From an uncultured delta proteobacterium (GTDB lineage Bacteria > Myxococcota_A > Polyangia > Polyangiales > Houyiibacteriaceae), in contig CAVOVB010000004.1 in the NCBI GenBank assembly GCA_963699755.1, forward strand, positions 64,001 to 128,000: a stretch of 64,000 nt of DNA. Direction: 5' to 3'. Both the position numbers and the translations under genes were made by a program. Positions 19,801-29,144 of the stretch are shown here, piece by piece; position 1 is the stretch's first letter; each line of letters starts with the position of its first letter. The notes beneath the pieces are model-generated. The model was not told the DNA's origin. It did no database searches and saw only the letters and a program-made list of their open reading frames with translations.

Positions 19801-21017
19801 CATCGAACATCTACGAAGCGCCTCTGCGTGTCCGGGGCGGTTCTGTTACGGGTGAAGACATGGTCTGGCACAAGCCGATGGCGAGTGACGGCTCGACGCA
19901 GCCGATTCGCCCGACCAGCAGTCTCGCCGTCACCGACGGGTCCTTGAACATCCAAGCGGGCAACCGAATCGAGATGCCGGTCGACGGCGGAATCACGATG
20001 ACCGAGAGCCAACTCGTGGTAGACGGGACCGCAACGGAGCCGGTCGTCTTCGAGCCCGTCCCAGGGGCGGGCTACTGGAACCGAATCCGTCTTCGAGGGA
20101 GTGGCGCAGGGACAACGAGCATCGCCAACGCCGTGCTGCGGTCGGCAGGATCGAGCCCGAGCTCAGCTGTAAGTACCAGCCGCGCGGCTATCACCATGGA
20201 GGCCTTCAACGGCGTTCCTGCGACCCCCGCCATTTCCAACACGACCATCGTCGACAGCAACGGGTACGGCTTGACCTTCGCGGACACGACGCACTGCGCT
20301 GGCGCATGCGATGGCAACACCGTCGTAGGCTCGCGCTTCTCAGCGGTTCGGATGTACGGCAACTTCGTCGGACGCTTTGGTACGGGCAACGTCCTAGCCG
20401 GAAACAACACGACGAGCTCATTCGGGCACGACGGTTTCTGGGTCGTCGGCGACATCGTTGACACGACGGCGACATGGCCGGCCAACGATGTGCCGTACCT
20501 AATGCATGGCGACTTCGCGCTCAGGCAGTCGAGCCCGTTGGATCCTGTGCCCGTCTGGACCATCGAACCTGGGAGCGAGCTTCGTTTCTCGAGCGCCCGG
20601 CGGCTGCAGGTGGGCGAGGGCAACGAGGGAATTCTCGACGCTCAGGGCACCAGCATGGAACCGATCACCTTCACGAGCATGGACAGCGTGACGCCGATCT
20701 TCTGGCGTGGACTCGACTTCAACCAGGGGTCGGACGGATCGATTCTCGATCATGTCATCCTCTCTTACGGTGGCAGCAGCGCAAATACGGGCAACGTGAA
20801 CTTCAGGATCGGTTCCGTGGTCACCATTGGTGCGGTCGCGTTCACGCTATCGCAGAACTATGCGGCCGTAGTCTACTCAGGCTCTGCACCGATGTTCACC
20901 GGCCCGTCCACCGACCGGGTCTACATGCTCAATGGTCAGGCATCTATCCCGGGGGCAGGAGACCCTGCGTTCGACTGCGTGCGTGACGCGACGACCGGAA
21001 CCTGCACCCCGCTCTAG
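16875..21017 (+). CDS. Large surface lipoprotein with putative-Ig repeats, IPT/TIG domain and beta-helix repeats (1380 aa)
   Basis: GGAGG RBS; lipobox VAGC; about five Ig repeats (P...S.P...A.VG..Y.Y); PRVDSITP..VIVRGAGF; four L.I.PG...L.A.G....PI.F...W.GI.F repeats. Confidence 0.85.
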   Translation: MNRPMPTWVAAAMAVLMTVAGCGGGTVANGRVAPKISSTPSTTATVGVPYNYTVTADGMTPIGFVLESGPSGFSVHPSTGVVTWTPQSEGTVSVTIKATNLAGSDMQSFDVEVVGLSGPEFVTEPPTEATVGAQYAYDPQVVANGDVSWSATVAPSGLTIDPDSGAVRWTPTFDQAGGQDVTIRATEDDSGLHSEQAFVVTVEDTGGPAVITSTPPERVYAGEVLQYDATAAGAPVIQWTVEEPSTGTPAVGVTIVTSPPEGDAVTIEWDTDSVAPGLYSIAIQVDNGLGEPNVQEFMVTVDHRPPVPKIDLVTAPRPPSTIFVGELYDYDVNLTPETESDGVVWSPTGTTIPADLAITIDSVTGRVTFTASESNGELEYSYTIRAENVLGDGDEATITVDAFYPPATPMLRVTPATTFNLEVGESFPGASATATGNPTPTLSISGTLPDFLNFDPLTGLLSASSSKPAPENSDIGAHSFDIVATNSEGTDNATIEVRVVAAPPRVDSITPAAGRRQSDVPVIVRGAGFVSAAAPAIRLELGTYTESLSTTFVDESTLTATVPIDLARPSGVYDVLVDQGSSTTLAKRFTVTEGDGTTLSGSVGVDITLRASDSPHVITGNLLIENGATLTVEPGAVVMLAGGTNRRIDIGTGTAGALVADGGLAGVDDQIVFTRFQDIAGPVPGGHYRGLRFGANIMSATTVLRNVVVEFGGRVNTETNRGAIEVLSGSAPMVADSIIRESLNYGLYAQAGAGSETVNWFDGNQLTANGRAPVNIGSDEVSTLGANLDLLGNGEDRVFVRGSVVSRANASWANYGVPYYLSADINVRAGSTMNIAPGTQMRFAPARRLIVSTNGEDGTLVAAGTAEAPIRMLADSGTWNGIYFDDRIQAATVLRNVRVEGYGSGVNGGLRVDNPIDPGGRVAVVEDCVFQSDEPGATGVYLSDNARLSSFENNVLAVDGVSVSATMAGFDDALGSSNIYEAPLRVRGGSVTGEDMVWHKPMASDGSTQPIRPTSSLAVTDGSLNIQAGNRIEMPVDGGITMTESQLVVDGTATEPVVFEPVPGAGYWNRIRLRGSGAGTTSIANAVLRSAGSSPSSAVSTSRAAITMEAFNGVPATPAISNTTIVDSNGYGLTFADTTHCAGACDGNTVVGSRFSAVRMYGNFVGRFGTGNVLAGNNTTSSFGHDGFWVVGDIVDTTATWPANDVPYLMHGDFALRQSSPLDPVPVWTIEPGSELRFSSARRLQVGEGNEGILDAQGTSMEPITFTSMDSVTPIFWRGLDFNQGSDGSILDHVILSYGGSSANTGNVNFRIGSVVTIGAVAFTLSQNYAAVVYSGSAPMFTGPSTDRVYMLNGQASIPGAGDPAFDCVRDATTGTCTPL

Positions 21018-21076
21018 TGCCCCCACGCCGGCCGGAGCTTGCGCGGCGAGATCTGCTCACCTAGGCTCCGCCCTTC

Positions 21077-22264
21077 GTGTCGGACGAGAAGAACATCTCC
21101 CAAAAAACGCTAGCGGTTCACGGCGGTGAGCCAAGGACCTACCCGTATGACGCCCTAGTTGCCCCGATTACGCAGACCGCCACGTATTCGTTTGCGGATA
21201 CCGCGGAGCTCATCGCGTATTTCGAAGGGCGAAAAGAGCGCGAGGAGTACGGTCGCTACGGGAACCCGTCAGTGCGGCTGGTCGAAGAGAAGGTCGCCTC
21301 GCTCGAACGGACCGAGGACGCCGTAGCCTTTGCGAGTGGCATGGCCGCCATGACCTCGACAATTCTGGCTCTGGTAAGGTCCGGCTCGCACGTGATTTTG
21401 TTCGCCGACTGCTATCGCCGGACTCGTCAGTTCGTGACGACGTTCCTCGACCGCTTTGGTGTTTCGAGCACGCTAGTCCCTCCTGCCGACCTGGAAGCCT
21501 TGAGGGGAGCCATACGACCCGAGACGCGATTGGTCATCGCAGAGGCACCGACGAACCCCTACCAGACAGTTCCCGACCTGGAGCAGCTCGTCGAGATCTG
21601 CGGCGAGAAGAAGGTCAAGACGCTGGTCGACAGCACCTTTGCGACGCCGGTGAATTGCACGCCGGCCAACTACGGGATCGACATCGTAGTGCATAGTGCG
21701 ACGAAGTACCTGGCGGGCCATAACGATGTGCTCGGGGGTGTCGTAGCCGGAAAGTCCGGGATCGTGTCGCTCGTTAGGGACCTTCGAAGCGTGTTTGGTG
21801 CCTGTCTCGATCCCCACGCGGCGTATTTGATTCACCGCGGCGTCAAGACCTTGGCGCTCCGAGTCGAACAGCAGAATGCCTCCGCGCAGGTGCTTGCCGA
21901 GCGCCTGGAGCGGCACCCGAGGGTGCGGCAGGTCTGGTATCCGGGGCTGCCCTCACACCCCAACCACGACACCGCCAAGCGACTGATGACGGGCTTCGGA
22001 GGCGTGGTGACCTTTGAAGTCGACGCGGATCTCGACGGCACCAGTCGCGTCATCGATGCTTGCCGAATCCCGCGGATCGCCCCGAGTCTAGGTGGGGTGG
22101 AATCGCTCATCGAACAGCCCGCCTTGATGAGTTACTTCGAGCTGAGCACCGAAGAGCGCGAGGCGATCGGCATCCGCAACAACCTGGTCCGCTACGCGGT
22201 GGGCATCGAAGACACCGAAGAGCTCGTCGCTGATCTGGTCTCTGCGCTGGACGGCACGGCTTGA
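21077..22264 (+). CDS. metB: Cystathionine gamma-synthase (Cys/Met metabolism PLP enzyme)
   Basis: YGRYGNP, FASGMAA, E.PTNP, DSTFATP, HSATKYLAGHND (PLP Lys), SLGGVESL. Confidence 0.85.
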   Translation: MSDEKNISQKTLAVHGGEPRTYPYDALVAPITQTATYSFADTAELIAYFEGRKEREEYGRYGNPSVRLVEEKVASLERTEDAVAFASGMAAMTSTILALVRSGSHVILFADCYRRTRQFVTTFLDRFGVSSTLVPPADLEALRGAIRPETRLVIAEAPTNPYQTVPDLEQLVEICGEKKVKTLVDSTFATPVNCTPANYGIDIVVHSATKYLAGHNDVLGGVVAGKSGIVSLVRDLRSVFGACLDPHAAYLIHRGVKTLALRVEQQNASAQVLAERLERHPRVRQVWYPGLPSHPNHDTAKRLMTGFGGVVTFEVDADLDGTSRVIDACRIPRIAPSLGGVESLIEQPALMSYFELSTEEREAIGIRNNLVRYAVGIEDTEELVADLVSALDGTA

Positions 22265-22381
22265 TGCATCGTCCTTGACACTGCGATTCGCCTCACAAAA
22301 CAACGCTGCAACTCTTGATTGGCACTGGGAGCAGCTCAGAAGCTGCCTCAGGAAGAAGGGCGCAAGTGCGCGAAATTGCTG

Positions 22382-22409
22382 TTGACGCGCCTAGTGCGCT
22401 AGATATACT
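22382..22409 (+). promoter_or_regulatory. sigma70-type promoter of ihfB-tyrS
   Basis: TTGACG-N16-TATACT, ending 24 nt upstream of the ATG at 22434. Confidence 0.65.
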
Positions 22410-22433
22410 GGGCGGCCAATGGGGAAAGAATCG

Positions 22434-22739
22434 ATGACGAAGTCGGAGCTCATCGACGCTGTAGCCCAGCGGACGAAGATCACCAAGAGCCGAGCTGAAC
22501 AAGTTGTAAACTGCGTCTTCAACTCGATGACGTCAGCGCTCGAGCAGGGGGAGGGGATCGAAATCCGCGGCTTCGGTAGCTTCACGGTTCGCGAGTACAA
22601 GTCATACAGCGGACGCAACCCGCGTACGGGGCGGTCGGTACCGGTTCCGGAAAAACGTCTCCCGTTTTTCAAGGTCGGGAAAGAGCTCAAAGAGCTCGTC
22701 AACAGTGGCGTTGCCGACCGCGCCGACGTCGGCGAATAG
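22434..22739 (+). CDS. ihfB: Integration host factor beta / HU family DNA-binding protein
   Basis: MTKSELI, IEIRGFGSF, GRNPRTG, PFFKVGKELKE. Confidence 0.88.
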   Translation: MTKSELIDAVAQRTKITKSRAEQVVNCVFNSMTSALEQGEGIEIRGFGSFTVREYKSYSGRNPRTGRSVPVPEKRLPFFKVGKELKELVNSGVADRADVGE

Positions 22740-22748
22740 AGACTGAGG

Positions 22749-23972
22749 ATGAAGCCCGAAGCGCAGCTCGCCGAGCTCAAGCGCGGTGTGGTCGATTTGC
22801 ACGTCGAGGCTGAGCTCCTCGAGCGTCTGAGCGCCGGAAGGCCTCTCAAGATCAAAGCCGGGTTCGACCCGACGCGACCGGACCTGCATCTGGGCCACAC
22901 GGTGCTCCTCAACAAGATGCGCCAGTTCCAAGAGTTGGGGCACGAGATCGTCTTCATCGTCGGAGATTTCACAGCTCAAATTGGCGACCCTTCCGGCCGA
23001 AGCAGCACGCGTCCAGTCCCTACGCGCGACGAAATCCTGGAGGGCGCCCACAGCTACGCCGACCAGGCGTTCAAAATCCTCGACCGACGCCGAACGCAGA
23101 TTGTCTACAACAGCGAATGGCTCGGCAAGATGGCCTTCGATGATGTGATTCGGCTGGCAGGCAAGTACACCCTGGCGCGCATGATGGAGCGGGACGATTT
23201 CCGGCGTCGCTGGACGGAGCACCAGAGCATTTCGCTGCACGAGCTTCTTTATCCGCTGGCGCAGGCCTACGATTCGGTGGTGCTCGCATGTGACGTCGAG
23301 CTTGGCGGAACCGACCAGCTCTTCAACCTGCTCGTCGGTCGGGAGATCATGCGAGAATCGGGGCAGCCGCCGCAGATCGTCATGACCACGCCGATTCTCG
23401 AAGGGATCAACGCGCGCTCCGAAGGCGGCAAGATCGTCGGCGCGAAGATGAGCAAATCGCTCGACAACTACGTCGGTGTGGCCGAGCCGCCGCGGGAGCA
23501 GTTCGGCAAGCTCATGAGCATCTCCGATGACCTGATGTGGCGCTACTACGAGCTGCTTTCTTCGCAGGCGACGCTTGAAATCGAGAGACGAAAGCGCGCC
23601 TGCATCGCCGGCGACATGAACCCGCGCGACGCGAAGATTGCGCTGAGCAAAGAGATCGTGACCCGCTACCACGACGCCGCCCAGGCCAACGCCGCTGAGG
23701 CCTCTTGGCTGGCTCAGTTCTCCAAGCGACAGGTTCCGGACGACATCCCCGAGTATGAGCTAGCGCTCGACGAAGACGCCGTCTGGGTTCCCAAGCTGCT
23801 CAGCGACATCGGCTTGGTGAAGAGCTCGAGCGACGGCCGACGCCGGATCCAACAAGGCGGAGTCGAAATCGATGGGAACCGCCTCAGCGACCCCCAGGCC
23901 AAGCTCCCCAAGGGCCGCCGCTACATCATCAAAGCCGGCAAGCGCAGCTGGGCCGCCGTCACCCTCACATAG
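22749..23972 (+). CDS. tyrS: Tyrosine--tRNA ligase
   Basis: GFDPT.PDLHLGH, YPLAQAYD, GGTDQLFN, KMSKS, C-terminal S4 domain. Confidence 0.98.
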   Translation: MKPEAQLAELKRGVVDLHVEAELLERLSAGRPLKIKAGFDPTRPDLHLGHTVLLNKMRQFQELGHEIVFIVGDFTAQIGDPSGRSSTRPVPTRDEILEGAHSYADQAFKILDRRRTQIVYNSEWLGKMAFDDVIRLAGKYTLARMMERDDFRRRWTEHQSISLHELLYPLAQAYDSVVLACDVELGGTDQLFNLLVGREIMRESGQPPQIVMTTPILEGINARSEGGKIVGAKMSKSLDNYVGVAEPPREQFGKLMSISDDLMWRYYELLSSQATLEIERRKRACIAGDMNPRDAKIALSKEIVTRYHDAAQANAAEASWLAQFSKRQVPDDIPEYELALDEDAVWVPKLLSDIGLVKSSSDGRRRIQQGGVEIDGNRLSDPQAKLPKGRRYIIKAGKRSWAAVTLT

Positions 23973-24199
23973 GGGACTCCCTCCCTGCGCCGAACCTCTT
24001 GAAATCAGGTTTTTTTCGGAATTATGCTATGCGTCCGGAGAGCCGCTTCTGCGTGCGCAGATGCTCTGGTGCATGCTCGCAGGCTCATTTCGCTCTATCT
24101 GGCGGGCGAGCTCTAGATGGGCTTCAACTTTGACGAATTAATTTTCTCGCTTTTCAAAAGGCCGGCGGCAGCGCAGTGATGCGCGCGTGGGAGAGCGAC

Positions 24200-25849
24200 A
24201 TGCGGATTGGAACATCGTACAAACAGCATCCAGGGCTCGCGGAACACTGGGACGCGGTCGTCATTGGATCGGGTATCGGCGGCCTCGCGACGGCGGCGAC
24301 CCTCTCCAAGCTGGCCGAAAAACGCGTGCTCGTTCTGGAACAGCACTATACGGCGGGCGGATTCACACACACGTTCCGCAGGCCGGGATACGAATGGGAC
24401 GTCGGCGTTCACTACATCGGGGACGTGTCGCATCCGCGCGCGAGCTCCCGTCGAATGTTCGATTTCATCACCGATGGGAAGCTCGACTGGGCCGACATGG
24501 GCGAGGTCTACGACCGGATCATTCTAGGCGACAATTCCTACGATCTCGTCAAAGGTTTCGAGAATTTCCGCGCTCAGATGCACGAGTACTTCCCGCAAGA
24601 CAAAGACGCGATCAACCGGTACCTCGGAAAGGTGATCGCGACCGTGAAGAAGGCGCAGATGTTCTTCGCGGAAAAGGCGTTGCCTCCTTTCGTTTCCAAG
24701 TTGTTTGGGGGAATGATGCGGCGCGGCGTCACCAAAGAAGGCTTGCGCACGACGCGCGAAGTGCTCGAAGAGATCACCCAAAACCAAGAGCTCATCGGCG
24801 TTTTGACAGGTCAGTTCGGCGACTACGGGCTGGTTCCGTCCGAGAGCAGCTTCTTCATTCATTCGATGGTCGTGGCGCACTACTTCCGTGGCGCGGCTTA
24901 CCCCATTGGAGGCTCGTCCCGAATCGCGGAAACGATTCTCCCGGTGATCGAACGCGCGGGCGGCGAGGTCGTGACGAATGCCGAGGTCACGGAGATCATC
25001 GTCGAGAACGAACGGGCCGTCGGGGTGAAGCTCAGCGATGGACATGCGCTCCGTGCGCCCATCGTCATCAGCGACGCCGGCGTCATCAACACTTTCGAGC
25101 GGCTCGTCCCCTCGGACCTGGCGGAGTCGATCGGCTATGCCGCCAAGGCCAGAGAGCTCGGGACATCGGTCGCTCACCTCTCGCTCTACGTCGGATTGAA
25201 GGGCAGCACCGAAGAGCTCGCGCTTGAGAAAACCAACCTGTGGGTCTATCCGGACCACCGCCATGACGAGAACTTCAAGCGGTTCTTGGCCGATGTGGAG
25301 GCACCATTTCCGCTCGTTTATCTCTCGTTCCCCTCCGCCAAGGATCCGGATTTCGACCGTCGGCATCCAGGGCACTCGACGATTGAAGCCATTACGATGG
25401 GCTCCTACCAATCGTTTGCGCGCTGGGAGAACACTTCCTGGAAGAAGCGTGGCGCGGAGTACGACGCGCTCAAAGAGCGCCTTTCGGAGCGACTGCTGGA
25501 CGTCATCTACAAGTACGCGCCGGCAACCCGCGGCAGGGTCGAGATCGCTGAGCTTTCGACGCCGCTTTCGACGCGGAATTTCGCTGCCCATCCAAAGGGA
25601 GCGATTTATGGCCTCTCCCATGATGCTCGCCGTTACGAGCAGCGATGGCTTCGGCCGCGAACGCCGATCAAGGGTCTCTACCTCACCGGTGCGGACGTCG
25701 TATCCGCAGGCGTGGTCGGCGCGATGATGGGCGGACTGATCTGCAGCTCCGCGGTGCTCAAGGCCAACGTGCTCGGTCAAGTATTGAAACATCAGGCGCA
25801 AGCGCTGCGCGACAATGCGCCCGCTCCAAGCAACGCGGCGCCGGCCTAA
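24200..25849 (+). CDS. Phytoene desaturase / retinol saturase-like FAD-dependent oxidoreductase
   Basis: IGSGIGG Rossmann motif, EQHYTAGGFTHTF..YEWDVGVHYIG, FPSAKDP, STPLS, GLYLTG.D. Confidence 0.88.
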   Translation: MRIGTSYKQHPGLAEHWDAVVIGSGIGGLATAATLSKLAEKRVLVLEQHYTAGGFTHTFRRPGYEWDVGVHYIGDVSHPRASSRRMFDFITDGKLDWADMGEVYDRIILGDNSYDLVKGFENFRAQMHEYFPQDKDAINRYLGKVIATVKKAQMFFAEKALPPFVSKLFGGMMRRGVTKEGLRTTREVLEEITQNQELIGVLTGQFGDYGLVPSESSFFIHSMVVAHYFRGAAYPIGGSSRIAETILPVIERAGGEVVTNAEVTEIIVENERAVGVKLSDGHALRAPIVISDAGVINTFERLVPSDLAESIGYAAKARELGTSVAHLSLYVGLKGSTEELALEKTNLWVYPDHRHDENFKRFLADVEAPFPLVYLSFPSAKDPDFDRRHPGHSTIEAITMGSYQSFARWENTSWKKRGAEYDALKERLSERLLDVIYKYAPATRGRVEIAELSTPLSTRNFAAHPKGAIYGLSHDARRYEQRWLRPRTPIKGLYLTGADVVSAGVVGAMMGGLICSSAVLKANVLGQVLKHQAQALRDNAPAPSNAAPA

Positions 25850-25899
25850 ATGCGCATTCGTCTCGCGGCGTGCCTCTGATTCGGTATGCTACACGCGCT

Positions 25900-26484
25900 A
25901 TGACTCCACTCGATCTCGAGCATCCAATTTGGGAGCAGGTCTACATGGTCGCTCCGCTCACCATCGTTGGGACCCGGGAGCCCGACGGGACATACGACCT
26001 GGCTCCGAAGCACTTGGCCATCCCATTGAGTTGGGAAGATCACTACGGCTTCGTGTGCACACCGTCTCACGCAACGTACGCAAACGTGCAGCGGGAGGGT
26101 TGCTTCACGGTGAGCTTTCCGAGACCCGATCAGATCGTGCTCACCAGCCTGGCCGCGGCACCGCGCTGCGACGACGATCAGAAGCATGCGCTTCGAGCGA
26201 TTCCGACGATTCCCGCAACCAAGGTCGAGGGCGTCCTTCTCGATCACGCCTCCATGCACCTCGAGTGCGAGCTGGATCGCATCATCGATGGCTTCGGCGC
26301 GAACAGCTTGATCATCGGGCGAATCGTGGCGGCGTCGGCGGCCGAAGGCAGCATTCGAGACGATGACCGCGATCCACAGGAGATGATCGCCCACTCTCCG
26401 ATCTTGGCCTACGTGCACCCCGGGCGTTTCGCCGAGATCGTGCAAACCAATGCCTTCCCGTACCACGTCGGCTTCAAGCGCTGA
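25900..26484 (+). CDS. Flavin reductase-like (DIM6/NTAB) protein
   Basis: IVGTRE..YDLAP, TYANV..FTVSF, LECEL..LIIGRIV; start at ATG 25900. Confidence 0.82.
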   Translation: MTPLDLEHPIWEQVYMVAPLTIVGTREPDGTYDLAPKHLAIPLSWEDHYGFVCTPSHATYANVQREGCFTVSFPRPDQIVLTSLAAAPRCDDDQKHALRAIPTIPATKVEGVLLDHASMHLECELDRIIDGFGANSLIIGRIVAASAAEGSIRDDDRDPQEMIAHSPILAYVHPGRFAEIVQTNAFPYHVGFKR

Positions 26485-26494
26485 GGCGTTGACG

Positions 26495-27685
26495 ATGTCA
26501 ACAGACCAAGACCTCCCAAAACGAATTCTCGACTACCTCGACGGCCATCGCGCGGAGATGGCCGCTCTGCTGGAACGACTGGTGCTCTGCGAATCTCCTT
26601 CCGGCGATCGCGCCTCGCTGCTGCGTGTGATGGGCCTCCTCTCGGAGGCGTTTTCCGAGCGAGGGTTCCGCCCGCGCATCATCGCAGGCAAAGAGAGCGG
26701 CGGCATGCTCTTGGCCATGCCCGACCGCCGGCCACGCCATCGTCCGCATCAACTCCTCCTGGGCCACTGCGATACGGTCTGGCCGATCGGGACGCTAGAG
26801 ACGATGCCGGCCAAAACCGAAGATGGCACCTTCTGGGGGCCCGGCTCCTACGACATGAAGGCAGGCCTCACACAAGGCCTCTTTGCCATCGAGGCGCTTG
26901 CCGCCGCCCGTGCCGACGCGCTCGCGGTCACTCCTGTCTTCGTCATCAACTCAGACGAAGAAATTGGCAGTCGCGAATCGACCCGCGTGATCACCCGATT
27001 CGCGCGCCGGGCCGATCGTTGTTTCGTCCTCGAGCCTTCGCTTGGCCCAGATGGAAACCTCAAGACCGCGCGCAAGGGCGTGGGTAGCTTCACGATCACC
27101 GTTCGGGGCAAGGCCGCGCATGCGGGCCTCGACCCAGGCAAGGGCGCAAGCGCGATCCTCGAGCTCTCGCTCATCATTCAGAAGCTATTCGCGCTCAATG
27201 ACCTCGAAAACGGTGTCACGATTAACGTAGGCACGATCGACGGCGGCCTCAGCGCAAACGTGGTCGCACCCAAGAGCAGTGCGCTCGTCGACGTCCGGGT
27301 CCCCACTTTGGAAGATGCAGAGCGCATCGAGAAGGCCATCCACGCGATCGAAGCTCAAACACCTGGCACGCAAGTCGAAATCGAAGGCTCGGTTCGCCGG
27401 CCCCCGATGGAGCGCACGCCGCGCAACCAGCGCCTCTGGCAGCTCGCGCGGCGCGGCGCCGAGGAGCTCGGCATCGAGATCGAACAAGCGGCAGCGGGTG
27501 GCGGCTCGGACGGAAATACGACGAGCCAGTTCGCTCCGACGCTAGATGGCCTTGGCGCGGTCGGCGCTGGCGCGCATGCGGTCAACGAGCATCTGCTGCT
27601 CGACAAGATGGTAGAACGCTCGGCGCTCCTAGCGACGCTGCTCTCGTTTCCGCCGCTCGACGACGTAATGCCACCGCCCCTTTAG
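26495..27685 (+). CDS. M20 metallopeptidase (glutamate carboxypeptidase G2-like)
   Basis: GHCDTV, GPGSYDMKAG, DEEIGS, GKAAHAG, GGGSDGN, GAHAVNE. Confidence 0.92.
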   Translation: MSTDQDLPKRILDYLDGHRAEMAALLERLVLCESPSGDRASLLRVMGLLSEAFSERGFRPRIIAGKESGGMLLAMPDRRPRHRPHQLLLGHCDTVWPIGTLETMPAKTEDGTFWGPGSYDMKAGLTQGLFAIEALAAARADALAVTPVFVINSDEEIGSRESTRVITRFARRADRCFVLEPSLGPDGNLKTARKGVGSFTITVRGKAAHAGLDPGKGASAILELSLIIQKLFALNDLENGVTINVGTIDGGLSANVVAPKSSALVDVRVPTLEDAERIEKAIHAIEAQTPGTQVEIEGSVRRPPMERTPRNQRLWQLARRGAEELGIEIEQAAAGGGSDGNTTSQFAPTLDGLGAVGAGAHAVNEHLLLDKMVERSALLATLLSFPPLDDVMPPPL

Positions 27686-29073
27686 AGCCCGGCCACCCGA
27701 ATCACCGTGTCGCGTGAAGGTCGATCGTCGCCGACCTGCTCGAGCAGAACGTCCGCGGGGCACTGCGCCGCCTCGAGGAGCGCACGCAAGGGGCGCAGAA
27801 GAACGGTTTCGTCTTCCCCCGCATCATTTAGCGCGCCGATTCGCCGAAGTCCGTCCTCGGCGAGCTCGAGGAGTTCACCTGCCCAATCGACTGCCTCGCG
27901 GTTCATGAACTTCGTGCGAACGCCGTGTCGCGCGAGTGCATCGCGCTGACGTTCGACCTCGGGAAGCGGCCAGGAGTCGACCAGGCCCTCGAGCCCGCGA
28001 AGGCTCTCGTCGTCGTAGAGAAGCCCCTTCCAAAGCGCAGGCAGGGCAAACAGCATGTCCGGGCGCTGTACGTCCGCGCCTCGACACTCGAGCGTATTCT
28101 TGAGCCTGACCTCCGGGAAGAGCGTGCTCAGATGCATCACCCAGTCTCCGTAGTTCGCTCGGAGCCCCCGAAAGCCTTCTTCCATGAACGAGCGGAACGT
28201 CTGGCCGGTATTGTAGTGAGCTCTGCCATCGCGCTTCACGAGAAACATCGGCACGTCGAGCGCCCAGTCGATGTATTCGAGGTAAGTCGGATGGTCTTTC
28301 CAAGCGAAAGGCAAGAGCCCGGACCGATCCGGGTCCATGTGTAGCCAGGTCAAGGCGCGATACGAGTGATAGCCACTTCGCTTCCCGTCTGCCCATGGGC
28401 TGTTGGCGAACATGGCGGTGGCAAGGGGCTGCGCCTTCAAGCTCACCCGGAGCTTGCGCATGGCGTCCTCCTCGGAGGCGTAGTCGAGATTGGCCTGCAC
28501 GGTGCAGGTCTTGGTCATCATGTCGCCCGCCAGCGTGCCGCGCGTTGGCATGTACTGGCGCATCACGTCGTAACGCATCTTCGGCACCCAGCCGAGCTCC
28601 TTCACCGAAGCAAAGGGGTGGCAGCCAAGCCCGAGCCAGACGAGCCCGAGCTCGTCGATGACCGGTTGAAGTTTGGCCCAATGTAGGTCGGACTCCGCCT
28701 TGCCATCATGAACCGATCGATACGGTGCGCCAGAGAGCTCGATTTGGGAGCCTGGTTCGAGCGTCACGGAGGCGTCCTCACCGCGAAGAGCGACGATTGG
28801 TCCGGCGTCGGTCTCGCGCACCGGCTCCCAGCCCTGTTCCGCAATCAGCCGATCGAAGATCGCCAGGACACTGACCGGCCCGTCATACGGCAAGTGCGCC
28901 CCATCGGCCTTTCGCACCGCGATGCGCTCGGCTTCCGTGCCGATCCGCCAACGCTCCCGCGGCTTCTCAGCGTCATGGAACAGCACGAGCAAGTCATCCA
29001 TCGTGCGAAGCGGGGCATCGGGTTTCGGCAACGTGTCCTCTGAGCTCGACCTTGGGGCGCGGGACCCTACCAC
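27682..29073 (-). CDS. gshA: Glutamate--cysteine ligase (GCS2, plant/alphaproteobacterial type)
   Basis: RIGTEAE, TLEPGSQIELSG, PKMRY, QANLDY, FANSP, HLSTLFPEVRLK..LECRGAD. Exact start uncertain. Confidence 0.9.
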   Translation of the reverse strand: MVGSRAPRSSSEDTLPKPDAPLRTMDDLLVLFHDAEKPRERWRIGTEAERIAVRKADGAHLPYDGPVSVLAIFDRLIAEQGWEPVRETDAGPIVALRGEDASVTLEPGSQIELSGAPYRSVHDGKAESDLHWAKLQPVIDELGLVWLGLGCHPFASVKELGWVPKMRYDVMRQYMPTRGTLAGDMMTKTCTVQANLDYASEEDAMRKLRVSLKAQPLATAMFANSPWADGKRSGYHSYRALTWLHMDPDRSGLLPFAWKDHPTYLEYIDWALDVPMFLVKRDGRAHYNTGQTFRSFMEEGFRGLRANYGDWVMHLSTLFPEVRLKNTLECRGADVQRPDMLFALPALWKGLLYDDESLRGLEGLVDSWPLPEVERQRDALARHGVRTKFMNREAVDWAGELLELAEDGLRRIGALNDAGEDETVLLRPLRALLEAAQCPADVLLEQVGDDRPSRDTVIRVAGL

Positions 29074-29144
29074 GGAGGCTTGGAGAACGCCGCTGGGCCC
29101 AATTCGCGGTTGCGCGCGCCGCCTGGACGTGGTGGAACAGGTCC

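Noticed and set aside
22308..22335. Possible IHF site (AATCAA) or sigma54 TGGCAC upstream of ihfB
   Set aside because: Spacing to the TTR element or to the -12 GC does not fit either consensus.
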